Shown here in pieces: positions 11,365 through 26,790 of a DNA stretch of 64,000 nt (its first letter is position 1; each line of letters starts with the position of its first letter). This stretch comes from the human T2T-CHM13v2.0 reference genome, Homo sapiens, in assembly GCF_009914755.1 (NCBI RefSeq), contig NC_060930.1; one strand, given 5' to 3'. Position numbers and translations under genes: made by a program. The notes beneath the pieces are model-generated. The model had not been told where the DNA came from and searched no databases. It saw only the letters and a list, made by a program, of their open reading frames with translations.

Positions 11365-12652
11365 TTGACATTTAAAAGTTATCCAAGAGTGTTACAATAT
11401 AACACCCATACAACAGGTCTGTGAGATTAGGTACAGGGCAATAAAATGACTGCAGAGAGATTAGGGCACAAAAATTTCTTATAAAAATATTAATTAATCA
11501 CACTGATTAAAATGAGTTATTGGAAGAAAAAACATTTCAATAGTTTGTTCCATTTCTCAGTAGTATTTCTAAAGAATTTATCTGTCTATTTATCCATCTA
11601 TCTAATATATTATCAATCATCTGAAGCTGTTTTACTAACAGTATCTGGCACTGAGAAGAAATGTTAATGAAAGACATAAGTTCTGCTTTATTGAACTGTA
11701 GTATGAATTCAAAACTACAAAGCAATGAGTTAATAGAGGTTTTTCAAAGCCATCTATTCCCCTGCATACTGTAGGGTTAATAAAGAGAGGTGAATAATGA
11801 AAGAATTGTAGATACAAAATAAATACTGTTTAGAATATAAAAACATTAATTTTGTTTTTCTCTGAAGAAAAGTGTATTTTCTTTCCTAATTTATTGTGGA
11901 ATGCTTATTAATTTGGCAACTATTCTCTGACCTTTCTTTGCCAAAAAGAAGTAAACTGATTCTATTCTGAGAATCATACAATTCTACTGCACTTGTGTCA
12001 GCTGCAATGTAACCAATCTCAAATGAGGGAACGTGCACCAAAGAAGTATATCAGTAAGCCATGAAAATGCAAAAAAATTATTTATTATACAATTCAAAAT
12101 GCTAACAAATAAAAATATGAACTGTGATATAAAGGGCTAATAAACCAGTGATCGGAATATAAAAGCATTCATTGCATTTCCATACACTTTCACTGATTCA
12201 GATATTATTGTGTTCTGTACAATTGATATCAACTGTTATGGAACAACTGAAATTTCAGCAATCCTCATTAATAATAAAAATAGTCAAAGCCATTCTCTTC
12301 CCTACCCCAAAATTTGTGAGAAATTTTCATGCAATCTGCCATTTTGGGTTTAGAATAACTGCTTTATAGAGTAGAATATTAAAACTGATGAAAGATGTAT
12401 AAAAATAACATACACAAAGCTGAAAATAAGCTGAATTTGGAATCCATAAGTGAAGTTTCACCACTGTAAGTATATCTATACTTAACAATAATCTCCTTTT
12501 CTCTTTCCTTTACCGAGATTTGTGTTTATGTTTTGTTGATGTCTGATATTAAAATTAATTTAGTCTTTAAGTAAACAATCACATGTGGCTGTGATTTAAG
12601 CAGGTAGAGGAATTAACAAGTTCTGGGAATTAGGATGTGCATATACTGGAAG

Positions 12653-12824
12653 CCTAGGGAAATATGGTAAAATGGGGAATCATTTACCTCTTTCATATTG
12701 TGCTAAGGAATCCAGAAAGGAATATGATACTCTACCAAGGCACTCATATGATATATCCATATGTAAAAAAAAAATCCCACAGAAAAGTATGGGAAGAGTC
12801 CCTAAGTCCCTTATGAGCTATTTG
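12653..12824 (+). repeat. Left arm of a ~170-bp diverged inverted duplication
   Basis: cctagggaaata...gctaaggaatccagaaag...ccaaggcactcatat...ggaagagtccctaagtcccttatgagctatttg matches the reverse complement of 15145-15315. Confidence 0.9.
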
Positions 12825-12914
12825 AGCTAGATGGGGTTGATGAAAATGGAAAATCTGTTTTATACTCTGGAAGGGTGGAATATAAACTAAGAGAGAGAAA
12901 GAGTAAGAAGAAAA

Positions 12915-13350
12915 TTGTTAACAGACTTTAAAAGTGTATAAATGAATTGCAATGTATAACCCTTATGTGAAACCTTATTAAATATAAACAGTAAACAACA
13001 AACACATTTGTGTATCATGAGAAAATATGAACCATTCTTGGATATTTTATTATATTAAGAAATTACCGTTACTTTTTGTGATAAAATGATAATATTGTGG
13101 ATAAACTTAGGGAAAAAAGGAACCCTAACTTTCAGAAGCAAATGTTGAAATACTTAGAAGTGAAATTAGTAATGTCTGAAATTTGCTTTAAAATAAAGTG
13201 ATTAAGGGGGGTATGGGCAGGGTTTTTAGATGATACAAGATTTTCCATTAGTGAATAATTTTTGAAGGTGTGTGATGGGTACATAAAGAGATCGTTTTAT
13301 TATTTCCTCTACTTGTGTATTAATTTCCAGTTTTATCAAGAAAACTTTTA
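12915..13350 (+). mobile_element. L1MC (L1MC4/5-like) 3' UTR
   Basis: aattgcaatgtataaccctt...gataatattgtgg...tgaaatacttagaagtgaaa...tgtctgaaatttgctttaaaata...gtgatgggtacat. Confidence 0.7.
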
Positions 13351-13689
13351 AATTAATTGATTAAATGTGTCTGGGAAGCCACCCAGGACAGGAATGCTAA
13401 ACTGAATCTTCTCCCGAATGTTAGCAAATGTATATTAATATAGCTAAGTTATAGATCTGTTAGCTACTATTATACTGAAGTGAAAAATTGGAACTCTCCC
13501 ATAAATGTATCAGGAGAAAATTTCTTAGAAAAATGCTTTATATCAAAGTTTTTTAATGTCCTGAGAAATCACAAGGATTTTACTTGTATAATATTCATAT
13601 CTCCAAGGTGTTCATAGTGAAAGAGATTTGAATGTGCCTGTTGTACTACATATTTTTGAAGATGTGTGTGCTATATTGCCAAAATTATA

Positions 13690-14080
13690 TTAATGTATCT
13701 GATAAAATGCTGATATCTAGAATATGTAAACAACATTCATATATAACTAAAAGACCATCCAATTAAAATTTGGCAAAAAATCTGAATAGGTATTTCTCTA
13801 ACAAAGATATACTAATGGCACATAAGCAAATAAAAATATGTATATCATTAGTCATCAGATCAATTTAAATCAAAACCACAATGAGATACCTCTTCCCACC
13901 AACTAAAATAAAAAAGTCAATAATAACTAGTTTTTGCATTAATATATAGAAGTCAGGATCCTCATACACTGTTGAAGAGAATGTAAAATGCTGTAGCTAC
14001 TTTGGTAAACATTCTAACTGTTCCTCAAGTTATTAGACATAGTGTTATCTTATGGCCCAACAAATCCATGCTTGACATTT
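13690..14080 (+). mobile_element. L1M ORF2 3' fragment
   Basis: aaatcaaaaccacaatgagatacc...gaatgtaaaatgctgtagctactttgg. Confidence 0.75.
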
Positions 14081-14539
14081 GTTCTCACCCAGGGTTCTTC
14101 TCAGCTTTTTTTTTTTTTCTTAATTTCTCTTATTCTTTTCTATGCTTCTGTTTAGGCCTTATCTTCATTAAATCCAAAAATCTCCTTCCAAAGTATTTTT
14201 CATCCCAACCCCCATATTTCTCCAGTGTGTCCTTAGTTTTGAACATCTTCAGGCTCTGTTGCAAATGGAGTCAGTTCTGATTTTCCATAGATTTTCTTTA
14301 AGACACATTTATTCATTTGCTGTTTGCTTTTAGAAACAATTCCAGAGATGTTAATGCTTGATTTTTAAAATACTTTTGATTAGTTTCGCTAGTGAGAGTG
14401 TCAGAAAATCTCATGCTGTCATGCCATTTGGTCTATCTTCAGTTCTATGTTTTGTTTTTTTATAACATTAATTCAGAGAGATGAAAACAGGTTTTCCACT
14501 TTCATCAACCAACCAAATCTAGCTCAAATTGATTAGACT

Positions 14540-14942
14540 ATTTTATTTTATTTATTTTATTTATTTTATTTTATTTTATTATTTTATTTTGTTTTTATTT
14601 TATTTTATTTTATTTTATTTTATTTTATTTTATTTTATTTTATTTTATTTTTATTTTATTTTGAGATAGAGACTCACTCTGTCGCCCAGGCTGAAATGCA
14701 TTGGCGTGGTCTCGGCTCACTGCAACCTCCACCTCTCGGGTTCAAGCGATTCTTCTGCCTCAACCTCCTGTGTAGCTGAGATTACAGGTGTGCGCCACCA
14801 CTGCCAGGCTAATTTTTGTGTTTTTAGTGGAGACAGGGTTTCACCATGTTGGTCAGGCTGCTCTCCAACTCCTGAGCTTGTGATCTGCCCGTCTCAGCCT
14901 CCCAAAGTGCCAGGATTGCAGACGTGAGCCACCGCGCCTGGG
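14540..14942 (-). mobile_element. AluS element with ~120-bp (TTTTA)n tail
   Basis: Complete dimer in reverse orientation; TSD tgattagact at 14530-14539 and 14943-14952. Confidence 0.95.
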
Positions 14943-15144
14943 TGATTAGACTTTTTAAACTATGAAATATAGGCAGAATAGTTATACCAGTTTTGTGTGT
15001 GTGTTTGTGCATGCATGCATGCTGTCATATCAACAAAGAGAATAAAATGGTCTTTTGGTGAGCCTTATTGATAGCCTACTCCGTATGTTAAGGAAATTAA
15101 CATTTGAAAATGCAGGAGAGAAACTTTTCATCAAGAGAGATGAG

Positions 15145-15315
15145 CAAATAGCTCAGAAGGGACTTAGGGACTCTTCCTATACTTTTTCTGTAGGATGTTT
15201 TTGATATACAACTATATTATATGAGTGCCTTGGCAGGGTATCATATTTCTTTCTGGATTCCTTAGCATAATATCAAAGGGGTAAACGATTTCTCACTTTA
15301 TCTTATTTCCCTAGG
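15145..15315 (-). repeat. Right arm of the ~170-bp inverted duplication
   Basis: caaatagctcagaagggacttagggactcttcc...atgagtgccttgg...tttctggattccttagc...tatttccctagg. Confidence 0.9.
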
Positions 15316-16435
15316 GAACTGGGTTCCCAATTCTGGAAATGCTGAATGAAGAAGAAAAATGAAAAGTAAAGACAGTTGAAGGACGATGTCAAGTACTAAA
15401 CCACATATTAAGAGTATAAGCATATACTCTGTATACAATAGTCTTGAAATCTTCGTGTCACATAGTAGTATAACAACTCATTGGGCTTTTAGGTTGTTCC
15501 TTTGACTGTTTTAGAGTCATGGGGCAATACATTTGATTTGAGTAAGGCAAGAGAGTTGAATCAATAGGGTTAGCTAATGGAAAAGATGATGTTACTTCTC
15601 ACATTTAGAGAAGTTAAATTGGTTTCCTCTTTGTTGAGACACTAAATTCTTGTAGGCATAAAAAAAAAGAAAAAAAAAATCTTTACAATCAGATTCCAAA
15701 CTGTCTCTGTAGATTAGTTCCAGTTTATTTTTCTTCCTTTTCAACTATGGATGTTATAGGCCTGCCACAAAAATACTTAAATTTTTCAGTCTGTATGTTT
15801 CACTACAATCAATTACATTACAGCCTTAATTAGAAATATTGAATGTGCTAAGACCTATTCTTAAAACAGAAGTGACAATTCAGAGAAGAAACAAGAAAGG
15901 ATTTAGTGTGAAACATTTTATTTAAATCTAGTTAAGTCAGTTGTAAGAAATACAATTATTTTCCAGATGAGATATACATATATATAGAAACTGGAGAAGT
16001 GATTATACCCTCAAAGTCCAACGATTATACAGTTTTTAACACATTAGATAAATGTTAAATTGATAAACAGATTTACAGATGGAAGGATAGACATAATAGA
16101 GAAATGGAACATTGATAATACGAAATAAAGTATTTTCATAATTCAAACTCTTCCATGTAGAATGACACATTTTGCAGTCAAGAGTGAACTCCCCTCCTCT
16201 CTAATGTCTATGTATTTAAAAAACTCAATTTCCGTGTATTTATGTTCAATTTTGTTGAAAAATACAGTACGGTAAATCGTATATACCTGTGAATTATAAA
16301 ATCTGCTTGCCAAGTAACTCATTGTAATTTGTATTTCCAGAGTACTCTGTTCACTTCCTTTATATATACCCATGGCCCAATAATTATAATATAATATTGT
16401 AATGCAAATCGTAATCAAAATTGTATGAAATTTTA

Positions 16436-16915
16436 CAGTAGTCCCTTCTTATCCCTGGTTTTCCTTTCTGTGGTTTCAGTAACCCATGGTAAACTATAGT
16501 CTGAAAATATTAAATGGAAAATCCAAAAATAAACAATGCAAAAGTTTTAAATGCATGTTGTTTTGAATAGCATGATGAAATCTTGTGCCCTCCTGTTCTG
16601 TCCCACTCAGGATATGAAATATTCCTTTGTCCAGCTATCCATGCTGCGAAAGCTACCTGCCCATTAATCACTTAGGAGCCTTCTTGGTTATCCGATCGAC
16701 TGTTACTGTATTGCAGTGCTTGTGTTTAAGTAACCCTTATTTTACTTAATAACAGCCCCAAAGTGCAAAAATGCCTGATTTATGAATCAAAGTTTATTAA
16801 AGGTATGTATGTATAAGAGAAAAACACGGTATATAGAATTCGGCACTATCCGTAGTTTCAGGAATCCACACGGGAGACTTGGAACATATTTTCTCTGAGT
16901 AAGGGGTGGCTACTG
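16436..16915 (+). mobile_element. MER44-type (Tigger7-derived) non-autonomous DNA transposon
   Basis: Terminal inverted repeats cagtagtcccttcttatcc / gagtaaggggtggctactg, flanked by TA TSDs. Confidence 0.9.
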
Positions 16916-18436
16916 TATTTAATCTATGTGAATTTTGGACTTAGTCTCATGTTATCCTAAGGTCTTTTTGTAAAACAAGAAAACAAATCAAAACCAAACC
17001 TTTGTTTATAGGAGTTTTCTCCCCTGAAATTATATGCAAATTTTTGAAGGGAAAACAATCTCGTCTATAATTTACTAGTATGGGGTAGTTTTCCTTGCCT
17101 TTTTCTGAAACTTTTTCATGTTCTTTATGTTCTATCAGGTTTGCTTTACCTGTAGTAACCACTAATTTTGTGAACCATTTTGTTTTCCAGAGAAGAGACA
17201 CACAACACAAGTAAAGCATTGAAATGAGTTATTTATTGGTTCAGTGAACATATGTATACTGTTTGGAACTGAGGATGCAATCACAGAGTCAACAGAATAT
17301 CACTGGATAAAACATAATTTAACTTATCCTTCCATGATAAAGTATGAATGTAAATACTCTCATTCTCATCTCTTTACTTGGTAGATATATAAAATATATT
17401 AAAGGCAGCATAGAAGACAATAAAAACATGCTTTGCTGCTAACAAGCAATAAAACAGTTTGGAAAACCTGTTTAAGGTCTGCAAGTTCTAACACTCACAA
17501 AATATTTGTAACTAAATGAGTTATATATCATTGAACTATGTTAACGAAAACCATAAGTGTTCTGTAGAATAATTTAGACAATTATACCCTTTGGCCTATG
17601 CGACTAAGCCATATTTTTAAAACTAGAAAGTCCAATAGACAATTTAAGGAAAATGTTTATAAAACAAAAATATGTGCATTTTGAAATACATAGAATTTAT
17701 ATTTAAATGTGATGTTTTCACATAAAATGTTTTAAAGATCAAAAACAAAATATAAATTTAGAAATCTTTTACATCCAGTAACACTGACATTTAAACTTTT
17801 TGAATTACATACAAATATATTATAATCCATTTTGAAATATGTGAACAACTTGTGGTGTCATGGAAAAAATATAGAAAAATGATACATCAATTGATGTGTA
17901 AGTATTTTAATTTGCTTTTATAGGACACTGAACTTAACTAACCTTGAGCTAAAATTATTAATGAAATTACTACTTAACATATATATCACAAAATAGCCAA
18001 AGTTTAGATCTGTCAGTAATTAACTTAAATAATAGACACTAGTATATGAGCTGATATAAAAGTAAATATGGAAATAAATATACCTACATTTAATTTCTTA
18101 ATGAAAATTTACTGGGTAACAAACAATAGAAAAATTCAACTTTATAAGGATAGTTTTGATAAAAGAGTATTAAGTAAAATGCTCAACAAGAAGATAAATA
18201 AAATTTTCATTTGAGCATTTAAGAAGCATTCAGAAAGCTGAAATGATCATAACAGAAAATTTGTTCAACAATGCTGTACAAGTTTTATACACATATTCCT
18301 AATTTAAATGTTAGCTTTCTTTTGTTTATATATTGAAAACTACTCAGCTAATATTATTAAATATTTTACAGAAGCAAAACATCTATTTTTCTCCTGTTTT
18401 AATAAAATAAACTTATTTCAAATTTAATAGTAATTA

Positions 18437-18892
<456 letters not shown>

Positions 18893-19089
18893 CTATAATA
18901 TTACCACACTGAGATCCTGTCAGAGTTTACGTGTATGCTTATTATTTGATATACTTCACACTATTGTATACATATTTTCAAATAGACTTTATTTTTATGT
19001 TAACTATGTGAGACATTCACCAATAGATACCCTAAAGATTTATCATATTTAGCAATTTTATTTTCTGAAAAGTGAATTTGAACTGGTTT

Positions 19090-19545
19090 AACTTAAGAAT
19101 TTTGCTGATCTTTCCTGGGCTTACTAATGGAGCTCTAGTCATCTCATTCTTTGGGTAAAGGTGACTGGCTAAGGATCGCCTCATTCTTATGCCTGGAAAT
19201 TGGTGCCAGGCCTTGTTAGGTACTGCTTGTTGCAGGTATGATGAAGATGACAGGGCCATGTTTCCAATCGCTTAGGCTAGGCTTCCTCACATGATAGCAA
19301 ATAACAGTGTTCCAAAAAGCAGGAAGAGGGCAAAATTCAATGTTAGGCAGTTTTTGAACTTCTGCTTGTCTGATCTTTGCTTAATGCTCCATTAGTTAAG
19401 ACAGCTCACTTGGTCAATGCAAGATTTAAGAGGAAGAGAAATAGACCCTCACCTCTTGACTGAAGACACAGCTAAGTCAAATTGCAAAGAAGTGTGCATT
19501 AAAAGAGAGGGGAAAAATTATGGCTGCTCTGTAGTTTTACAGAAT
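19090..19545 (-). mobile_element. Old MLT1 (H/J-like) LTR
   Basis: ggctaggcttcctcacatga...ttctgcttg...gaagagaaatagaccctcacctcttga...aaattgcaaag. Confidence 0.65.
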
Positions 19546-19689
19546 TTGGTGTGTGTATTGAAAAAAATCTTATATCATTCTATCACTTGTATCTTTCCCT
19601 TTCTTAATTCTTCCTTTTGACTTCACTAATTTTAATTAAGCCCAGATTAGTTTTCTGGTTTTTTTTTTCTTTTAAGATTGGTGCTTTTA

Positions 19690-20737
19690 AGATTCAACAC
19701 ACAACAATCAACAGCATTTCTAGATAACAACAGTGAACTATCTGAAAAAAACAGCAAGGAAATCAATTCCATTTAAAAAATTTACAAAAAAACTAGAAAT
19801 ACATTTAAGAAAATAGGTACAATAACTCTGCAATGAAAACTATACAATACTGATTACAGAAAATTGAAGAGGACATTAATAAGTGGACAGGTAGCTTGTG
19901 TTCATACATGGGAAGAACTAATATTGCTAAAATTCAACACTATCCAAAGCAATATAAAGATTAGATGCAATTCCTGTAAAAAAAGCAAAGATATTTTTCA
20001 GAGAAATGGAAACAAGCCTAAAATTTGTATGGAGCCACAAAAAGCCCCAAGTAGTGGAATCAAACTTAAGCAAAAAGAACAAAGCTGGAGAAATCACATT
20101 ACCTGACTTAAAATATACTACAAAACAATATTGAACAAAACAACATGGTACTGGCATGGAAACAGACACATAGATAAATTGAACACAATAGAGAACGCAG
20201 AAATAAATCTATACATGTACAGCCAACTAACTTTTGACAAGGGTTGCAATAATTCACATTGTGGAGAAAGACAGTCCCGTCGTTAAATGGTGATAGGAAA
20301 ACTGAATATTCATATGCAGAAGAATGAAACAAGACACAATTCTTTCATCACTTACAAAAATCAACTTAAAGTGGAGTAAATACTTAAGTGTTCCACGTTG
20401 AAATTACTAGAAGAAAACGTACAAAATGCTTCATGACATTGATCTGGGCGTGGATTTTCTGAATAAGACCTGAAAACCACAGTCAACAAAAGCAAAAATA
20501 GACAAATGTCAAACTAAAATGCTTCTGCACAGCAAAAGAAATAACAAAGGGAAGAGACAACATTGCTACAGAATGGAAGAAAATATCCACAAACTATGCA
20601 TCTGACTAGAAGCTAATATCCAAAATATATCAGGAACTCAAACAACTGAATAGCAAAAATAATAAATCAATTAAAATTAGTAAAATATTGTAATAGACAT
20701 TTTCAAAAGAAGACATGCAAATAGCCAACAGGTATAG
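19690..20737 (+). mobile_element. L1MA-type ORF2 fragment
   Basis: aagaacaaagctggagaaatcacattacctgact...gcttctgcacagcaaaagaaa...atagccaacaggtata. Confidence 0.9.
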
Positions 20738-20769
20738 GCTTTGTTTTTATCTTTTGTTTCTTTTGCATG

Positions 20770-21880
20770 TTTTGCAAACTCTGATTTTATGTATTTAATC
20801 AGTTTCAGAGAGGTCTCAACAAGTATCTTTTCAAATGTTATTTATCCTCATAATCTTTTTGCTCTTTCTTATGCTTAAATTTGTATATAGTTTTTGTAGC
20901 ATGACCTACATTTCTTTTATATCCTTTTCCATATTTCTTATCTTTTCTTTATGTATATTAATATAGATATGTTCTGATGCATACTCCCAATCAATAATCT
21001 TTTCTTCTGCTTAAATCTACTATTAACACACCTATTGAATTATTTCAATTATTATTATATTGGTCTAGAATATAGTTCTAGAATTTAAATAAAAATACAA
21101 AAATTTAAATTATCTGGTGAAATTATTTCTCATCTTGAACACTTTAATCATAGTTATTTTAATATTAGTTTCTGAATAAATTATGAATTTGTATCTATTG
21201 TTCTTTTATCTCTCGATTGATAATCATCTGATCCTGCTTACTGGCATGCTTGGTGACATTTGAGAGAATGCTGGACATTAAGTATGAAAAGATGATGCTT
21301 GGTGATGTTACTTATTCCAGGGTTGATTTATTTACCTTCTCTTAGGCTCTTTGAAAATAGGCAGACTACCTTCATTCAGTCCACGCTAGGTTTCAGGTTT
21401 TGTAGAACTCATCTGTTTCTAGTTTTCTCTTCCTACCATAGCCCTCACTAATAACCTAAGTATTTACCAGCTTTCCTCCATCTGTCATGTCCTGAAGTTC
21501 AACCCCTGTCTTGCTTAGGTCTGCAAAATGCTTAACATTTGCTTAATGATATAGCATCACAGCACCTAATTTTAATTTATTTTTCAAACTTTTTAATGCC
21601 TATGCAGCTTAACATTCAGCAAGTGACTCAAGAAGAAAAACACATAGCAATTTTAGAAGAATGAACACTACCTTTTTCTATATCATATCTCCCTAATACT
21701 CAGATTCCTTGTGAGCCCCGAATTTCAACTTCCGTGACCTTGGAACAGTGTGACTACTGTACACCTAAAGCTGCTTCTTTCAATCTCTATCCCCCTACAG
21801 CAAACCAGCAAATTATTCATAGGACAAAAGTAGAGGCAAATGTGAGGCTTACCATATGCCAACCTCTCCTGAAAAGTATT
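20770..21880 (-). mobile_element. Ancient L1M ORF1/5' region fragments
   Basis: T-rich degenerate antisense ORF1-like sequence (tttcttctgcttaaatctactattaacacacctattgaatt...). Confidence 0.45.
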
Positions 21881-22090
21881 CCGATACACTACTAGTGGAA
21901 TTATAAATTACAACACATTCGAGAAATAAATTAGAAAATAAAAAATTGCTGGTAAAATATTTGAGTAAAATTTTTCTGATAAAAGACAAAGAAATAATAT
22001 ACCAGATGAAATCTATTTTTAGGATTATACTTTATGGGAAATTTTGCAAATATACACAAGACGATATGGGCTAGTAAAAGGGAAGACTTT

Positions 22091-22417
<327 letters not shown>

Positions 22418-22774
22418 AAAAGGGAAGACTTCCCAAACTAATAAATAAGGAAATGAATAAATAATAGTAGTTATGTTAATACCATAGACTAATACAGGAT
22501 GCACATTTCTAGAGGATCTCTGAGGGGAAGCATGATGATTTCTGAGGACATGCTCCAGGAAAACAAATATAACTGGTAAAAAATATTTTTTAAAATATAT
22601 ATTTGAAGGCATTTAAAAACACTAGAAACTTCCTAAGGGCAAACAGCAAATGGAACAAACATTTATTTAAGAAAACCTATAAATCATGATAAGAACAGTG
22701 AGAATCTGTGACATATGAAGAACAATGATTTTCTTTCCAGTCAGTTCATCAAGAAAGAAGTTATATTCCTAGGT

Positions 22775-23136
<362 letters not shown>

Positions 23137-23792
23137 TAGCTACCAGTCTAGGGCTATGGTATCTGCTAAGAAGGGCAGGCTGCCAGCATTTATCATCCTC
23201 CACAGATCTGTGCCACAGAAGCTCTGTTTTAATCAATAGCAGCTGTGAGGTCTGTGGCTTCCTTCCTCTGTCTTTCTTCCATTTATGAGGTAAAAACTCT
23301 ACTCCAGATGCAGCAGGATGAAAATACTAGGCTCTAATTGTTCTTACCCTAATTTACTCATAGGATGGAGGTTTCTCATCAGGAGAGGCAAGCTGAAAAA
23401 AATAGAGGCTATACTCCCTGCCCTGTACCCTGCTTATAAATCATAGTGCCATCTGATAGAAGTGGGCCATTACTCTATCCCCAGCTACAAGACAGTGGTA
23501 CAAATGTTTTACCCAGGGGGAAATGTAGATCTTAAGAAAGGAGAAATTTGTACCTCTCCCTGAGTGGATCGATTTTATTTGGAACAAAGCTCAGAGAGTA
23601 ATGTCTAAGGGCACTGTTGAAAACATTGGGGATTTTCATGGTATGCACTTAAGAGGAGACAGGTATCTCCAAGAAAGGAAAAAGATAAAGTGCAGAACTA
23701 GAAGTTTAAAATAGACAATCAGAGAAATAGGCAGCTAACAAGAGCCCCCCTGGGGTCAGAAAAAAGCGCAAAGATGTGCCTCAAAGTCTACC

Positions 23793-24096
23793 TGCCATTA
23801 ACTGTATGTTTGTGTAACCCCAAAATTTATATCCTGAAACACTAATTCACAATGTGATGGAAATTGTACATATGGCGATTGGGAGTTTATTAGGTTCTGA
23901 AAGGGCAACTCTCCACCATGTGAGCATACAACACGAAGGTATCCATCCATCAACTAGAAGGTGAGTTTTCCACAGATCTGAGATCAACTGACACCTTGCT
24001 TTTGGGCTTCACAACTTCCATAACTGTGCGACATAAATGTTTGTTGTTTAAGACACCCAATGTATGGTGATTTGTTATAGCAGCCCAAACTAAGAC
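23793..24096 (+). mobile_element. MLT1A/MST-type MaLR LTR, internally deleted
   Basis: ccaaaatttatatcctgaaac...aataaatg-like cataaatgtttgttgtttaagacaccca...tttgttatagcagcccaaactaagac. Confidence 0.8.
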
Positions 24097-26110
24097 CCTC
24101 CCATCAAAGAGATCTAGGTGTAGTTGGATCAAACTATGGAGCAATTTATGTTTCAAAAAACAATTGTCAAAAAACAATACGGCATATACACAGTAATATG
24201 TATGCTTACATAGGTAAACATCATATACACCTTTTATAGACATAACAACATTTTAAAAATTCAAAAATAAATTACAATATTTATTGAAATTGAAAGACAT
24301 TATTTAAAAAATAAAACTTTAAAAAACTTAATTTGAATAAACAAACAAACAAAACCAGTAGATCTATTATCTGGCAATTGTTGGAGACTAAGAGCAGAGT
24401 GTAATACCTACAGACAGATCAGCTGAAAACAGGGAGATCAGGGAAAGAGACAGTCAGAGAGAACCCCATGAAAACCACTGCTATCCCATGTAGATAGTGA
24501 CAATGTGTTAGACTAAAATGGCTAAATGGCTAAATCTGAGCTTGTTTGACCTAAAAAGGAAATATGTAAAAGGTTTGGGACAGCTTTTTTAAATTTTCAG
24601 TAATTTCATCAATTGTCTCTTTCATTGAATATAAGGGCAAAAGTACGTCAAAGAAGCATTTGTTTGGAAACACAAATTTTGGTTTAAAAATCTCACAATA
24701 AGCAAAGCTGTACATGATAGAATAAGCTATTATGAGGAGAATGTACAAGAAAAGACTGACTGGCAAGCTGCCACTGATACTGTAGAGACGATATTTATAA
24801 AATGAAAAATCTATTCTGTCTATATATTTTCAGTATAAACATCTAAGATTTTATTATTCAAGTACCTTTTTATAGTTAGATCTATTTTGACACACAAGAG
24901 GTTTGAATAATATAATACTAGAGTCTTATAAGAAGAATGCATTTATTTGCTCTTCCAAATCAATAGGTAATTATTGAATGGAAAACGCTGAGGAAAGTGA
25001 TAAAATAGTTGGACACGTGCATACATTCATATACTTTGGAATATATAGTCAAATGTTAAGTCAATGTCACCAATATAAGCAAAAGTCTAAGACTAGAAGC
25101 ATTTGGTTATCCTGTTTTATCTTGTGGTATTTTTTTCTAGATAATTTTATTTTTAATTATTTTTACAACTTAGCCTTCTCTGAATGATGTCTGGTTGTGA
25201 AAGTGTTATTTAATTAAACCTCCATTCTGCCTGTCAAGGCCCAATGAATATATACTTACAGTAAAATGTTATTTATAAGAGAACCTATGTTCCAGTCTTT
25301 GCATTGTTTTGTTGCACTGACTTTTAGAGAAAATAAATAAAACACAGTTATGACATAAAAACGAAAGTATAACTAAAGACTACTTATCTTCCTATATCCT
25401 TAGGTAGATACATTCTACTGATCCTAATTGTGTCATAAAAAATTCTTTGTGATGAGAGAAAAAGGTTTTTTTGAGAGCCTAGGCAATTTGAAATAAGTTG
25501 AAAATATATCTTGTCACGACAAGGCTTGTGCTTGATTGCAAATGCTTATTTGAATACACGTTCCAAAAGCCCCCCATCTCCTCTACCAGCATGGGAGTCA
25601 GCAAGAAGAATAAGGAAAATTATTTTAACCCAGTCCTCCCTAAGCCACTCACATAGAACAATACAATTAAACATTATTACTACTATCCATGCTATAGACA
25701 TTATTACCATTACTAAACCATATTACTCGATTATCCAAGGTTCATAAATAAAAATGTGAACCACTTATTGGATGTGTTGGACAAAGGAGGTAATAGAGAT
25801 GCCAATCACCCCACTCTTTAATCTCCAACCAATTGATCCAAGATAATGTAAGGCCATGGGCCTAATGGTCTCCTTCAGGAACAGTGCAGACAGTGAAAAG
25901 TGCTAGTGTGTAGGACTCTTTGAATACAGAGAAATTCAGAGAGACTTGTAGGGATTTGGTGGGTTTTGAGAGAAAGCAGGGTAATCTCTCAATAAGGTAC
26001 ATTAAAGGATTGCAAAACCTCAGGGGAAACACCTTACACTTGGCTAGGGTTATTTTACATTTTTAAATTGGGCAATAAGAAAAAAAATATTTTCTAGGAG
26101 ATATAGATAG

Positions 26111-26198
26111 TAACGTGTTACTCTCACTTTTTTCTGTATGGATAAATAATATAACATGTTATTCTCACTTTTTTGTGTATGGATCAAATAATATAACA
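26111..26198. repeat. ~41-bp tandem duplication
   Basis: taac(g/a)tgtta(c/t)tctcactttttt(c/g)tgtatggat(c)aaataata occurs twice. Confidence 0.9.
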
Positions 26199-26456
26199 TT
26201 ATTACATCACCATGTTAATTATATTATATCGGTTTTGCCTGTGAGACAAATGTATCTGTTTATATGTATTATAGTTTAATTTTTTGTATGAAAGTCTTAA
26301 TTTTGAGTTTGGCTTTCATGAAAATGAATGTGTTTTTAATATTTCTTATAAATTCTCATAAGGGGGATATTTCTTGATAGTTATTGTACCCAGTGTTAAT
26401 GATACTATTTTATTTGAGACCGTTTTATTGTAAGAAGAAGATTCACTCTTTTCTTT

Positions 26457-26790
26457 TTTTGTTGTTACATTAATTATTTTTGGCAACTAAAAGAGGCAGT
26501 CATCTCACAAAGTCTAGGAAAGGGGGTATGTCTTCTAGATTGTGACCCCTCAAATGGACCCCTCAAGTGATTTTGGGTGTCCTTCCTGCTGCCCCACTTT
26601 GTGAGGGCATCTGGTTCCAGACCCAGTCCCTCCTAATCTGATTTCCATTTACCTGTTGAGCTTGGAACATCTGTTTTGGAATTGCCAGAATATCCTGAAT
26701 TATTCACAAAAGTGTTCTTGAGGGGGAAGCATTAATAGAGCTCCCTGGAGAGCCATGACTTCTTTCTTCCAAAGGTCTCTCTTTAAAAAA
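26457..26790 (-). other. 3'-transduced flank carried by the older full-length L1PA
   Basis: Lies between the left copy of a 22-bp TSD (26435-26456, followed by a T run) and the L1 3' end; the right TSD copy is at 37288-37309. Confidence 0.75.
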
